From: Candidatus Stercoripulliclostridium sp.
GTDB lineage: Bacteria; Bacillota; Clostridia; Christensenellales; DTU072
DNA length: 64,000 nucleotides
Direction of reading: 5' to 3'
NCBI GenBank assembly: GCA_045577735.1
Contig: JAZNIY010000004.1
Coordinates: 40,564 to 104,563, forward strand
Below the pieces are notes generated by a model that had not been told where the DNA came from, made no database searches, and worked only from the letters and a program-made list of their open reading frames with translations. The position numbers and the translations under genes were made by a program. Position 1 is the first letter of the stretch, and each line of letters starts with the position of its first letter. This document shows positions 27,800 through 37,945 of this stretch, piece by piece.

Positions 27800-28874
27800 C
27801 GAAAAACACAGAGCAATTATTTGGCTTCAAGTTATAGTTGGATTAACATCGGCAAAAATTAATGCAATAGACAGCTTGTTCGATCCTATAGACGTAATGT
27901 TAAAGCCAGTTAAATATGTAGACAGGCTTAAAACGATTGTCGGCGATGCGGCTTATAAAAGAATGCTGTTGCCTTGTGAGAAGAAGCAAATAGATGATAT
28001 TTTGATTCTTCTTCATCAAAAGGGATGTGGTATGATCGTTAGAGGTGATGCTGAGTACCCGGAATCTCTTGAACAAATAGACGTTCCACCAGCCGTTCTT
28101 TATTATAAGGGGGACGTTGGTTTACTTAAGACCAAGTGTTTAGGCGTTGTTGGAACTAGAGAGCCTTCTAGATATGGTCGGGATTATACCGAAAAATTTG
28201 TCGAAGTCCTTTCTAAGTGTTCGCTTACGATAGTAAGCGGTATGGCTAGAGGTGTGGACTCTGTGGCACATCGTACGGCTCTTCAAAACGAAGGAAAAAC
28301 AATTGCGGTATTAGGTTCAGGAATAGACGTCATATATCCTGCTAATAACGTTCAAATTTATAATGATATAGCGCGTGATGGGTTAATTATATCGGAATAT
28401 CCATTAGGGACTCCGTCACTTGCATATAATTTCCCGGAGAGGAATCGTATAATAAGCGGGCTTTCTCAAGGGATATTGATAACAGAGGCTGGTTATAAAA
28501 GTGGATCTTTAATAACTGCCGAGTATGCGATAAAACAGAATAGAGAATTATTTATAATCCCTTCTGCATTAAATTCTCCTCGTGGACAAGGAAGCAATTT
28601 GTTACTAAAAACTTGTCAAGGAGCAATGGTAATGTCGCCAGATGATATTATCTCTGCATTAGGAATTAAATCACAGCCCGAAAAGAAGGCAAGTGCAATG
28701 CAATTGGACTTCATGGAAGAAAAGATAATTGATGCATTATCATTTAGCGAAATGCATTTTGATGACCTTGTTGATTTAACGGGACTTGGAGTTAGCGATT
28801 TGAATGCGTTATTGGTTCGCATGGAAATCGTTGGACTAATTAGAAAACTAGATAACAATTATTACGGAGTATAG
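27792..28874 (+). CDS. dprA: DNA-processing protein DprA
   Basis: The VVGTREPSRYG, SGMARGVDSVAH and NFPERNRIISGLS motifs are present. It lies upstream of topA as in Bacillus. Confidence 0.92.
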   Translation: MISEKHRAIIWLQVIVGLTSAKINAIDSLFDPIDVMLKPVKYVDRLKTIVGDAAYKRMLLPCEKKQIDDILILLHQKGCGMIVRGDAEYPESLEQIDVPPAVLYYKGDVGLLKTKCLGVVGTREPSRYGRDYTEKFVEVLSKCSLTIVSGMARGVDSVAHRTALQNEGKTIAVLGSGIDVIYPANNVQIYNDIARDGLIISEYPLGTPSLAYNFPERNRIISGLSQGILITEAGYKSGSLITAEYAIKQNRELFIIPSALNSPRGQGSNLLLKTCQGAMVMSPDDIISALGIKSQPEKKASAMQLDFMEEKIIDALSFSEMHFDDLVDLTGLGVSDLNALLVRMEIVGLIRKLDNNYYGV

Positions 28875-28875
28875 A

Positions 28876-30978
28876 ATGAAATTAGTAATAGTCGAATCAC
28901 CTTCAAAAGCGAAAACTATTCAAAAATATTTGGGCGCCGGTTACCGAGTTATGGCATCTGGTGGGCACGTATGTGATTTACCCCAAAAAACATTGGGAAT
29001 TGACATAGAGAATCGTTTTAAGCCCGAATACGTAGTAGAAGATTCACGCAAAAAGGATTTGATTAAACGCCTTAAAAAAGAAGTAAAAGATGCTGATTTT
29101 ACTTATCTAGCAACCGACCCGGATAGGGAAGGAGAAGCAATAAGCTGGCACCTTGCCAATGCGTTAGATCTCAATGATTTGGAGAATCGTATTGAGTTTA
29201 ACGAAATTACTGCAAAGGCTGTAAAACAAGCTTTAGAAGCACCTAGAGCAATTAACCTCAATTTAGTTAACGCTCAACAAGCTAGGCGCGTTCTCGATAG
29301 ATTGGTAGGTTATAAAATTAGCCCTATACTTTCAAGAAAAATCAAGAGTGGTCTTTCCGGTGGTAGGGTTCAATCTTCAGCTCTTAAAATGATTGTTGAT
29401 AGGGAAAGAGAGATTAATGCATTTGTTCCACAAGAATATTGGAACATGACTGCAAATTTATTAAAAGAAGGTACTCGTTCACCCATTATTAAGAGCAGTT
29501 TCCAAGATTATAATGGAAAAAAAGTTAAGTTAGAAAGTGAAGAGCAAGTAAAGAAATTGCAAGCAAGACTTGAAATTGCAACTTGGAGTGTTGATAAGGT
29601 CAAGAAAGGTGTTTCCCAATCTCGTCCTGCAGCGCCATTTACTACATCTACTTTGCAACAAGATGGTTCACAAAAACTAGGACTTAGTTCTCCTCAAATA
29701 ATGCAACTTGCTCAACAACTATATGAAGGTGTCGATATTCCTGGTGAAGGCCATACTGCTCTAGTAACCTATATTAGAACGGATTCCGTAAGAATATCTA
29801 ATGAGATGCAAGCAATTACACGCAAACATATTCTAAACAAATATGGTAGCGATTACGTGCCTGCGAAACCTAATATATACACCACAAAGGGACAAAACGT
29901 TCAAGATGCTCACGAAGCGATAAGACCAATTAGTCTTGAAAGAACGCCAGAAAGCTTAGAGGATAAGATCCCTAAAAATTTATATAAGTTGTATAAATTG
30001 ATATATTTTAGATATCTTGCAAGCCAAATGACTCCTGCAGTATATAACACTATGACGGTTAGAGTGCAAGCAACGGTTACTCCTACTGAAAATTATGGAT
30101 TTAAAGTAGCTGGTAAAGCTTTGACTTTTAAAGGCTATACTGCGGTTTACGAAATTGAAAAGAATGACGATGAAGAGAATGAAGTTGGCGGAAATTTGCC
30201 CAACTTGAACGATGGTGATGCTCTAAAGTTAAAAAATCTTAAGAGTGAGCAGAAATTTACAAAACCTCAACCACGTTATTCGGAAGCAACGTTAATTAAA
30301 GCAATGGAAGAAAACGGAATTGGTAGACCGTCTACTTATGCTACCGTAATTTCCGTTTTAACAAAACGTGAATACGTCACAAAAGAACAAAAACTCTTTA
30401 AACCAACAGCGCTTGGTGAAGCTGTAACCGAGTTTATGGAGAATTGTTTTAAGAACATAGTCGATATCCACTTTACAGCTGATATGGAAAGTAGGCTCGA
30501 CTTGATAGAGCACGGATCGGAATGGCAAAAAATCATAGAGGAATTCTATCCTTCTTTTGCTGATGATTTGCAAAAAGCTAGTTATAATGGCCGTAAAAAG
30601 ATTGCTTTACCAGAAGAAATAAGCGACGTAACTTGTGATAAATGTGGCGCAAAAATGATTATTAAAGAGGGTAGATATGGAAAGTTCTTGGCTTGTCCTA
30701 ATTATCCTGAGTGCAAGAACATCAAGAACTTTATAGAACCAGTCGCCAAATGCCCCGTTTGCGGTGGTGACGTTAGCAAGAAACATGGCAAAAAATCCGG
30801 CTCGGTATTCTATGGATGCTCAAATTATCCAAAGTGCAGTTTTATGAGTTGGGATTTGCCAGCGCCCATTCTTTGTCCCGAATGCGCAAGTGCAATGAAG
30901 ATTGTACAAGAGAACGACGTTACTAAATACGTTTGCCTAAATCGCAAATGTAACCACATTGTTGTTCCAAAGGAGTAA
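28876..30978 (+). CDS. topA: DNA topoisomerase I
   Basis: It has the Toprim MKLVIVESPSKAKTIQKYLG and TDPDREGEAISWH motifs, a YIRTDS active-site Tyr region, and multiple C4 zinc ribbons at the C-terminus. Confidence 0.96.
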   Translation: MKLVIVESPSKAKTIQKYLGAGYRVMASGGHVCDLPQKTLGIDIENRFKPEYVVEDSRKKDLIKRLKKEVKDADFTYLATDPDREGEAISWHLANALDLNDLENRIEFNEITAKAVKQALEAPRAINLNLVNAQQARRVLDRLVGYKISPILSRKIKSGLSGGRVQSSALKMIVDREREINAFVPQEYWNMTANLLKEGTRSPIIKSSFQDYNGKKVKLESEEQVKKLQARLEIATWSVDKVKKGVSQSRPAAPFTTSTLQQDGSQKLGLSSPQIMQLAQQLYEGVDIPGEGHTALVTYIRTDSVRISNEMQAITRKHILNKYGSDYVPAKPNIYTTKGQNVQDAHEAIRPISLERTPESLEDKIPKNLYKLYKLIYFRYLASQMTPAVYNTMTVRVQATVTPTENYGFKVAGKALTFKGYTAVYEIEKNDDEENEVGGNLPNLNDGDALKLKNLKSEQKFTKPQPRYSEATLIKAMEENGIGRPSTYATVISVLTKREYVTKEQKLFKPTALGEAVTEFMENCFKNIVDIHFTADMESRLDLIEHGSEWQKIIEEFYPSFADDLQKASYNGRKKIALPEEISDVTCDKCGAKMIIKEGRYGKFLACPNYPECKNIKNFIEPVAKCPVCGGDVSKKHGKKSGSVFYGCSNYPKCSFMSWDLPAPILCPECASAMKIVQENDVTKYVCLNRKCNHIVVPKE

Positions 30979-30983
30979 AACCA

Positions 30984-32276
30984 ATGGTCAAAATTGTTGG
31001 TGGTGGGCTTGCTGGATGTGAAGCAGCTTACCAACTTCTAAAAAGAGGATATAGCGTAGAGATGTACGAGATGCGTCCCGTACGTAATACTGCTGCACAT
31101 AAAACAGAAGGATTGGCTGAGCTTGTTTGCTCTAATAGTTTAAAGAGTGAAGACGGCACGACCTCGCAAGGACTACTTAAAAATGAAATGAAGCTTTTTG
31201 GCTCTTTGATATTAGAGTGTGCCGAGGTCGCAAGAGTGCCCGCCGGTGGCGCACTTGCCGTGGATAGAGTAATATTCTCCCAAGAGATTGAAAATCGCCT
31301 TAGAGAATTTGATAAGTTCAAACTTATTAGAGAAGAAGTTTCAACTATTGATGATAACGTGATAATTGCTACAGGACCTTTAACGTCAGATTCATTGAGT
31401 GAGACCATATTAAAAATGACGGGTGCTGATAAATTGTATTTTTATGATGCAGTTGCACCGATAGTAACCTTGGAATCTGTTGATAAATCTAAATCTTTTT
31501 GGTCGGCTCGTTATGGTAAGGGTAGTGATGATTATCTTAATTGCCCGATGAGTAAAGAAGAATACGAGACTTTTTTAGAAGCTCTTATTTCTGCCAAAAC
31601 GGTCGTTTTAAAGGATTTTGAAAAGAGAGAAATCTTTGAAGGGTGTATGCCGGTTGAAGTTATGGCTAAGAGAGGTGCCGATGCTCTTCGTTTTGGTCCT
31701 TTACGCCCTGTAGGAATTAAGGGAGAAAATGGTGAACGATATTATGCTGTTGTCCAACTTAGAAAAGAGGATAATTATGATTCACTTGTTAATTTAGTAG
31801 GATTCCAGACTAATTTAACATTTGGCGAGCAAAAGAAAGTTTTTTCTTTGATTCCCGCTCTTCATAATGCCGAATTTGTAAGATATGGAGTAATGCATAG
31901 AAATACATATATAAATAGCCCTGCAGTTTTAGACGAGAGTTTTGCTCTTAAAAGTAACAAATCCATTTTCTTTGCTGGTCAAATAACAGGTGTTGAAGGA
32001 TATATGGAAAGCACTATGAGCGGTTTGATTGCAGGGATAAATATGGCTAGATATATGGAAAATAGAGAACCATTATCGTTGCCAGAAACTACTTTATGTG
32101 GTTCGTTATCAAAATACGTTTCGAACTGCAGATCAAATTTTCAACCGATGCACGTAAGTTTTGCCTTATTGCCTCCACTTGATGGGAAAGTAAAAAAGCA
32201 AGACCGTAAAGCAAAGTATGCTGAAAGATCGATAGAGGATTTGAAGAACTATTTAGAATTGGTTAAGGAGGCTTAA
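30984..32276 (+). CDS. trmFO: Methylenetetrahydrofolate-tRNA-(uracil54-C5)-methyltransferase
   Basis: It has the IVGGGLAGCEAAYQ FAD-binding N-terminus, the CSNSLKS motif and GQITGVEGYMES. Confidence 0.93.
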   Translation: MVKIVGGGLAGCEAAYQLLKRGYSVEMYEMRPVRNTAAHKTEGLAELVCSNSLKSEDGTTSQGLLKNEMKLFGSLILECAEVARVPAGGALAVDRVIFSQEIENRLREFDKFKLIREEVSTIDDNVIIATGPLTSDSLSETILKMTGADKLYFYDAVAPIVTLESVDKSKSFWSARYGKGSDDYLNCPMSKEEYETFLEALISAKTVVLKDFEKREIFEGCMPVEVMAKRGADALRFGPLRPVGIKGENGERYYAVVQLRKEDNYDSLVNLVGFQTNLTFGEQKKVFSLIPALHNAEFVRYGVMHRNTYINSPAVLDESFALKSNKSIFFAGQITGVEGYMESTMSGLIAGINMARYMENREPLSLPETTLCGSLSKYVSNCRSNFQPMHVSFALLPPLDGKVKKQDRKAKYAERSIEDLKNYLELVKEA

Positions 32277-32279
32277 CTT

Positions 32280-32810
32280 ATGGAATTTAGAGGTACAACT
32301 ATTTGTGCTGTAAAAAGAAATGGCATAACAGCTGTTGGTGGCGATGGACAAGTAACCATGGGCGAAAGTGTTATTTTTAAAGGAAATGCCATTAAGGTTA
32401 AAAGAATCTATGATGACAAGGTGGTCGTTGGGTTCGCTGGTTCCGTTAGCGATGCTTTTGCTTTGTCTGAAAAATTCGAGGCAATGCTCCAAAAGTTTAG
32501 TGGGAACCTTGTTCGTGCAGCTGTTGAACTTGCTGAAACTTGGAGAATGGATAAGGCAAGAAAATTAGAAGCCATGCTTATTACTGCCGATAAAGATAAT
32601 CTTTTAATTGTAAGTGGAACTGGTGAAGTAATAGAACCAGAAAGTGGAATTTGCGCTATAGGCAGTGGTGGAAACTATGCTCTTGCTGCAGCTAGGGCAC
32701 TTGCAGAAAATACAGAAATGGATGCTAAATCTATTGTAGAAAATGCAATGAAAATAGCTGGTGATTTATGTGTATTTACTAATCACCATTTAACTATCGA
32801 ATTGGTGTAG
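32280..32810 (+). CDS. hslV: ATP-dependent protease subunit HslV
   Basis: The product has the GTTICAVKRNG..GGDGQVT active-site Thr N-terminus and GSGGNYALAAARAL. Confidence 0.95.
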   Translation: MEFRGTTICAVKRNGITAVGGDGQVTMGESVIFKGNAIKVKRIYDDKVVVGFAGSVSDAFALSEKFEAMLQKFSGNLVRAAVELAETWRMDKARKLEAMLITADKDNLLIVSGTGEVIEPESGICAIGSGGNYALAAARALAENTEMDAKSIVENAMKIAGDLCVFTNHHLTIELV

Positions 32811-32817
32811 GTGGAAT

Positions 32818-34137
32818 ATGGCAAATATAGAATTATCTCCTAAACAAATAGTTTTAGAGCTCGATAGATATATAATTGGTCAAAATGAAGCTAAGAAAGC
32901 AGTGGCTATTGCTCTTAGAAATAGATATCGTAGAACTCAACTATCACCTGAAGTAAGGGAAGAAATTACTCCTAAAAACATTATTATGAAGGGCCCGACT
33001 GGTGTGGGTAAAACCGAAATAGCCAGACGTCTTGCTAGACTTGTAAAGGCACCATTTGTTAAAGTAGAAGCCACGAAGTTTACCGAAGTAGGTTACGTTG
33101 GTCGTGACGTTGAATCTATGGTAAGAGATTTGGTAGAGGTTGCAATTAGGCTTGTTAAAGAAGAAAAAATTTTGGAAGTAGAGCCTAAAGCTAAAGAAGT
33201 TGCTGAAAAGAAATTGGTTGATGGATTATTCCCAGCTCGCAAAAAGAATCACCCCGAAATGAGTGACGTAGAGATACGAGAAATGCTTGTAAAAGACCTT
33301 AACGATGGCAAACTTGACAAAGTAATGATAGAAATGGAGTTACCAGTTCAACAAAAAGGTCTTCAATTAGGTGCGCTTGGTGGAAATGATAATAACATAG
33401 GCGAATTTATGAATCGATTTTTGCCAAAACAATCTAAAAAACGCAAGATTTCCGTGCGTGAAGCATATGACTTTTTGACGAAAGAAGAGGCAAATAAATT
33501 AATCGATGATGATGCGATTAACAACGAAGGAATTAAGAGAGCTGAGCAAGAGGGTATTATCTTTATAGATGAAATGGATAAAATCGCATCAAAAGGAAAC
33601 TCTCATGGCCCTGATGTTTCAAGAGAGGGTGTACAAAGAGATATTTTGCCCATAGTTGAAGGTTGCACAGTCAATACAAAGTATGGCAATATTAGAACCG
33701 ACTTTATTCTATTTATTGCAGCAGGAGCTTTCCATATTGCTAGAGTAAATGACTTGATTCCAGAGTTGCAAGGTAGATTTCCTGTTGTTGTTGAACTGCA
33801 AAGCTTAACGGAAGAAGACTTTAAAAAGATATTAAAAGAACCGGATAACGCAATTATTATGCAATATGCAGCATTGTTAGGAGTTGATAATATCAAACTG
33901 AAGTTTACTGATGAAGCTATTGGTGAGCTGGCAAGGATTGCCTATCTGGAAAATGAAAGCAACGAAAACATCGGCGCACGTCGTTTGCATACCGTAATGG
34001 AGACTTTGTTAGAAGACGTAAGCTTTAACGCATGCGGTGGACATGACGATATTGAGTTAGTTATCGACAAGAAATATGTGGTTGAACATATGGAAAAGGT
34101 AACTAAGAATATGAATCTCAAGAAATATATACTATAA
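32818..34137 (+). CDS. hslU: ATP-dependent protease ATPase subunit HslU
   Basis: The LSPKQIVLELDRYIIGQNEAKKAVAIALRNR, GPTGVGKTEIARRLA, IFIDEMDKI and ENIGARRLHTVME segments are present. Confidence 0.96.
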   Translation: MANIELSPKQIVLELDRYIIGQNEAKKAVAIALRNRYRRTQLSPEVREEITPKNIIMKGPTGVGKTEIARRLARLVKAPFVKVEATKFTEVGYVGRDVESMVRDLVEVAIRLVKEEKILEVEPKAKEVAEKKLVDGLFPARKKNHPEMSDVEIREMLVKDLNDGKLDKVMIEMELPVQQKGLQLGALGGNDNNIGEFMNRFLPKQSKKRKISVREAYDFLTKEEANKLIDDDAINNEGIKRAEQEGIIFIDEMDKIASKGNSHGPDVSREGVQRDILPIVEGCTVNTKYGNIRTDFILFIAAGAFHIARVNDLIPELQGRFPVVVELQSLTEEDFKKILKEPDNAIIMQYAALLGVDNIKLKFTDEAIGELARIAYLENESNENIGARRLHTVMETLLEDVSFNACGGHDDIELVIDKKYVVEHMEKVTKNMNLKKYIL

Positions 34138-34146
34138 GAGGAAGTT

Positions 34147-35400
34147 ATGATTAATATTCCAAAAGGCACAAAAGATGTTTTGCCTTATGAAAGTTATAAG
34201 TGGCATTATATAGAAGGTGTTGTTAGAGACATTACTTCTAGTTATGGTTTTCAAGAAATTCGAACACCTAGTTTTGAGCATACAGAGTTGTTTTTGCGTG
34301 GCGTAGGTGAAACTACTGATATCGTTAACAAGGAAATGTATACCTTTATTGATAAAGGGAATCGTTCAATAACACTAAAGCCTGAAGGAACGGCTGGTGT
34401 AGCACGCTCGTTTGTTGAAAATGGTCTTTCCGAGAATCCTCAACCAATGAAGATGTATTATATTACCCCAGTATTCCGTTACGAAAGACCACAAGCAGGT
34501 AGATTGCGTGAACACCACCAATTTGGAATTGAGCTTTATGGAAGCGATTCTCCGTATGCTGACGTAGAAGTAATATCGGTTGCAAAGAGTTTGTTTAATC
34601 GCTTGGGAATTACTGAGCTTGAACTTAACATCAACAGCATAGGTTGCCCTATCTGTAGAGCGGAATATAACAAGGCTTTAAGAGAATATCTCAAAGAGCA
34701 CATTGATGGTATGTGTGCTACTTGCAAAGAACGTTTGGAGAAAAATCCTCTTCGTATTCTTGACTGCAAAGAGGAGCGTTGTAAGTTGATTACCGCGAAT
34801 GCCCCCAAAGTTACATCATATTTGTGTGAGGACTGTAGGAAACATCATGAATCGGTTCAATCAATTTTGACTTCTTTGGGTATAGAATATAAGGTTAATC
34901 CCAACATCGTTAGAGGCCTTGATTATTATACAAAGACGGTTTTTGAATTTGTATCTACTTCGATTGGTGCACAAGGAACAGTATGTGGTGGTGGTCGTTA
35001 CAATAATCTAGTAAAGGAAGTTGGAGGCAAACCCACACCCGCCGTTGGATTTGGCATGGGAATAGAAAGACTTTTAATGGTGCTTGAAGCGTTGGGTTTA
35101 AGCGTTGGTGAAAAAGAGGTTCCAAGTGTATACGTTGCTCCACTTACAACCGAACAAATGTCCTATGCTTACAAGTTAACTATGGAGTTGCGTAATAAAA
35201 ATGTTTCTGCAGATACGGATTTACTGGGTAGAAGTCTTAAAGCGCAAATGAAATATGCTGGAAAGCGAGGGTACGCTTACGTAATTGTACTTGGTGAAAA
35301 TGAAATCAACGAAGGCGTTGTTAATATTAAAATTATGGCTACGGGCGAAGAAGTAGCAGTAGAAATAAATAAACTAGCAGAAGAATTGTTAAGGAGATAA
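34147..35400 (+). CDS. hisS: Histidine-tRNA ligase
   Basis: It shows class II motifs (FRYERPQAGRLREHHQFG; GGGRYNNL) and a C-terminal anticodon-binding domain. Confidence 0.94.
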   Translation: MINIPKGTKDVLPYESYKWHYIEGVVRDITSSYGFQEIRTPSFEHTELFLRGVGETTDIVNKEMYTFIDKGNRSITLKPEGTAGVARSFVENGLSENPQPMKMYYITPVFRYERPQAGRLREHHQFGIELYGSDSPYADVEVISVAKSLFNRLGITELELNINSIGCPICRAEYNKALREYLKEHIDGMCATCKERLEKNPLRILDCKEERCKLITANAPKVTSYLCEDCRKHHESVQSILTSLGIEYKVNPNIVRGLDYYTKTVFEFVSTSIGAQGTVCGGGRYNNLVKEVGGKPTPAVGFGMGIERLLMVLEALGLSVGEKEVPSVYVAPLTTEQMSYAYKLTMELRNKNVSADTDLLGRSLKAQMKYAGKRGYAYVIVLGENEINEGVVNIKIMATGEEVAVEINKLAEELLRR

Positions 35401-35402
35401 AT

Positions 35403-37178
35403 ATGGCTGAATTCTTATCTAATCTTAAAAGAACTAAAATGTGTGGAGAATTCCGTTCAAGTGATATTGGTAAAAAGATTACCGCGTATGGCTTTGTTGC
35501 AAAGTATCGTAATCTTGGAAGTATTCAATTTGTTGATTTGCGCGATAGAACCGGCATTTTGCAATTGAGTTTTGTTCAAGCGGATCATCCAGAAGTATAT
35601 GAAAAATCAACTAGAATTCGTAATGAGTTCGTCATTGCAATAGTTGGTACGGTTCAACCCCGCGGTGAAAAGAATATAAATAAGAATTTACCGACTGGTG
35701 AAGTTGAGGTTATAGTTGAAGAACTTAGAATTCTTTCTGAAGCTGATACTCCTCCCTTTGCTATTTCTGATTTAGCAAACGTTGGTGAAACCTTAAGATA
35801 TAAATATCGTTATTTGGACTTGAGAAGAAATTCACTACAATACTATTTAATTACTAGAGCAAAATTGGCTCAAGTTGTTAATAATTATCTTTCAAAACAC
35901 GGCTTTTTAAACATTGAAACGCCTATATTGGGTAAGTCTACTCCCGAAGGAGCTCGTGACTATTTGGTTCCATCTAGAGTTCATCCCTCTAACTTTTATG
36001 CATTACCACAATCACCCCAACTATATAAGCAATTGCTTATGATTTCTGGCTTTGATCGTTATTATCAAATAGCAAAGTGTTTTAGAGACGAGGACTTAAG
36101 AGCTAATAGACAACCTGAATTTACTCAAATTGATATTGAAATGAGTTACGTTGATAAAATCACCGACGTAATGTATGAAGTTGAAGGGCTGGTTCGTGAA
36201 ATATTTAAGGAAATTAAGGGGATTAAACTTCCTAGACACTTCCGTCAACTTAAATATAAAGACGCTATGAATCGTTTTGGTTCCGATAAGCCTGACACCC
36301 GTTTTGGATTAGAACTTCAAGACGTTACTAAACTTGTTAAGGGATGTGGGTTTAGCGTTTTCGAAAATGCGACAAAGCGTGGTTATAGCGTTCGTGCGAT
36401 CAATGCAAAAGGCTTGTCTAAAATGACTAGAAAAGAAATAGATTCATACCAAGAAGTTGTCCGTGAATATGGTGCAAAGGGACTAGCTTATATTTCTATT
36501 AAAGAAGAAGGAATCACTTCTCCCATTCAAAAGTTCTTTACTGCTGAGAAATTTAGCGAACTTATTAATAAGGTTGGTGGAGAAAAGGGTGATATTATTT
36601 TCTTTGTAGCTGATAAAGACAAAGTCGTTTATGATTCACTAGGTGCTTTAAGACTAGCTATTGCTAAAAAGAACAACTTAATTGATGAATCTATCTATGA
36701 TATTCTATGGGTAACCGACTTCCCATTATATGAGTATGACGAGGAAGAAAAACGTCTTGTTGCTATGCACCATCCATTTACAAGCCCAAAAAATGAGCAT
36801 TTGAAGTATCTTGATAAGAGCCCTTTGAAGGTTTGTGCAAAAGCTTATGACCTTGTAATAAATGGTCAAGAAGCAGGTGGTGGATCGATTCGTATTAACG
36901 ATAGAGCAATCCAAAGAAAGATGTTTGAAATGATATCTCTTACCGAACAAGATATTAACGAAAGATTTGGATACTTCGTTGAAGCATTTAACTATGGAGT
37001 TCCTCCACATGGTGGATTAGCTCTTGGCTTTGATAGAATGGTTATGCTTCTAACCGGTACGGAAAATATTAAGGACGTTATTGCATTCCCCAAGAATCAA
37101 TCCGCAATTGGCTTGATGGAAGATTGCCCATCAACAGTTGAACAAAAACAATTGAATGAATTGGGCATTAAGTTTTAA
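35403..37178 (+). CDS. aspS: Aspartate-tRNA ligase
   Basis: It has an OB-fold N-terminus and the PQLYKQLLM, FRDEDLRANRQPEFTQID and GGLALGFDRMVMLL motifs. Confidence 0.96.
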   Translation: MAEFLSNLKRTKMCGEFRSSDIGKKITAYGFVAKYRNLGSIQFVDLRDRTGILQLSFVQADHPEVYEKSTRIRNEFVIAIVGTVQPRGEKNINKNLPTGEVEVIVEELRILSEADTPPFAISDLANVGETLRYKYRYLDLRRNSLQYYLITRAKLAQVVNNYLSKHGFLNIETPILGKSTPEGARDYLVPSRVHPSNFYALPQSPQLYKQLLMISGFDRYYQIAKCFRDEDLRANRQPEFTQIDIEMSYVDKITDVMYEVEGLVREIFKEIKGIKLPRHFRQLKYKDAMNRFGSDKPDTRFGLELQDVTKLVKGCGFSVFENATKRGYSVRAINAKGLSKMTRKEIDSYQEVVREYGAKGLAYISIKEEGITSPIQKFFTAEKFSELINKVGGEKGDIIFFVADKDKVVYDSLGALRLAIAKKNNLIDESIYDILWVTDFPLYEYDEEEKRLVAMHHPFTSPKNEHLKYLDKSPLKVCAKAYDLVINGQEAGGGSIRINDRAIQRKMFEMISLTEQDINERFGYFVEAFNYGVPPHGGLALGFDRMVMLLTGTENIKDVIAFPKNQSAIGLMEDCPSTVEQKQLNELGIKF

Positions 37179-37615
37179 TGAAAGAAGTTGGTGTTGTTCA
37201 CAAAATAAAAGGAAGCATGGCCACGATCCGCTTTGAACGTAAAACAGCATGTGAAAATTGCAATATGTGTTTGAAGCCGAAAGAAGAAATGTACGTGGAG
37301 TTGAAAGTTAAGAATTCCTTGAATGCTAAGGTTGGCGATAAGGTAGAAGTAACAATGGGGCAACGCGCAGTATTAACCGCATCATTCATTGTTTATATGC
37401 TTCCACTTTTGCTTATGGCAATAGTCATAGTTTGTACATACCAGCTTGAGGTATGGGTATCGCTTGTGGCGTCGTTGGGGAGTATGGTTATCGGCTTTAT
37501 TTGCGTTTCATTAATTGATAAATTAATCATTAGAAAAAAAGCAGATTATTTACCATCAATGAGTGAAATAATTACTGAAGAAAATACAAATATAGAATTT
37601 AATAGTGAGGAGTAA
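37178..37615 (+). CDS. RseC/MucC-family (SoxR-reducing-system) membrane protein
   Basis: The N-terminal barrel segment carries cysteines CENCNMC, and two TM helices follow. It has a TAATG overlap with aspS and a 1-nt gap before trxA. Confidence 0.75.
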   Translation: MKEVGVVHKIKGSMATIRFERKTACENCNMCLKPKEEMYVELKVKNSLNAKVGDKVEVTMGQRAVLTASFIVYMLPLLLMAIVIVCTYQLEVWVSLVASLGSMVIGFICVSLIDKLIIRKKADYLPSMSEIITEENTNIEFNSEE

Positions 37616-37616
37616 T

Positions 37617-37934
37617 ATGGAAATCATTATAAAATCAGCAAAAGAATTTGACGCATTAATTAGTGGAGATAAGCTTTGTGTTGTTGACTTGTTCGCTACT
37701 TGGTGTGGGCCTTGTAGAATGCTTGCTCCAACAATTGAAAGTGTTGCCAATAAATCAACCGGTAACTACTTGGTAGCCAAAGTAGACGTTGATGATGTGG
37801 AAGAGGTTGCAATTCGTTATGGTGTAAATACAATACCTACCATTCTATATATTAAAAATGGTATGTTGTTAGAAAAAACAATTGGCCTTGTAAAAGAAGA
37901 ACAAATACTTAATACGATTGAAAAACATATTTAA
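37617..37934 (+). CDS. trxA: Thioredoxin
   Basis: It has the WCGPC active site. I prefer the ATG at 37617, preceded by GAGGAG, to the track GTG at 37605. Confidence 0.93.
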   Translation: MEIIIKSAKEFDALISGDKLCVVDLFATWCGPCRMLAPTIESVANKSTGNYLVAKVDVDDVEEVAIRYGVNTIPTILYIKNGMLLEKTIGLVKEEQILNTIEKHI

Positions 37935-37945
37935 AGGAACGATAG

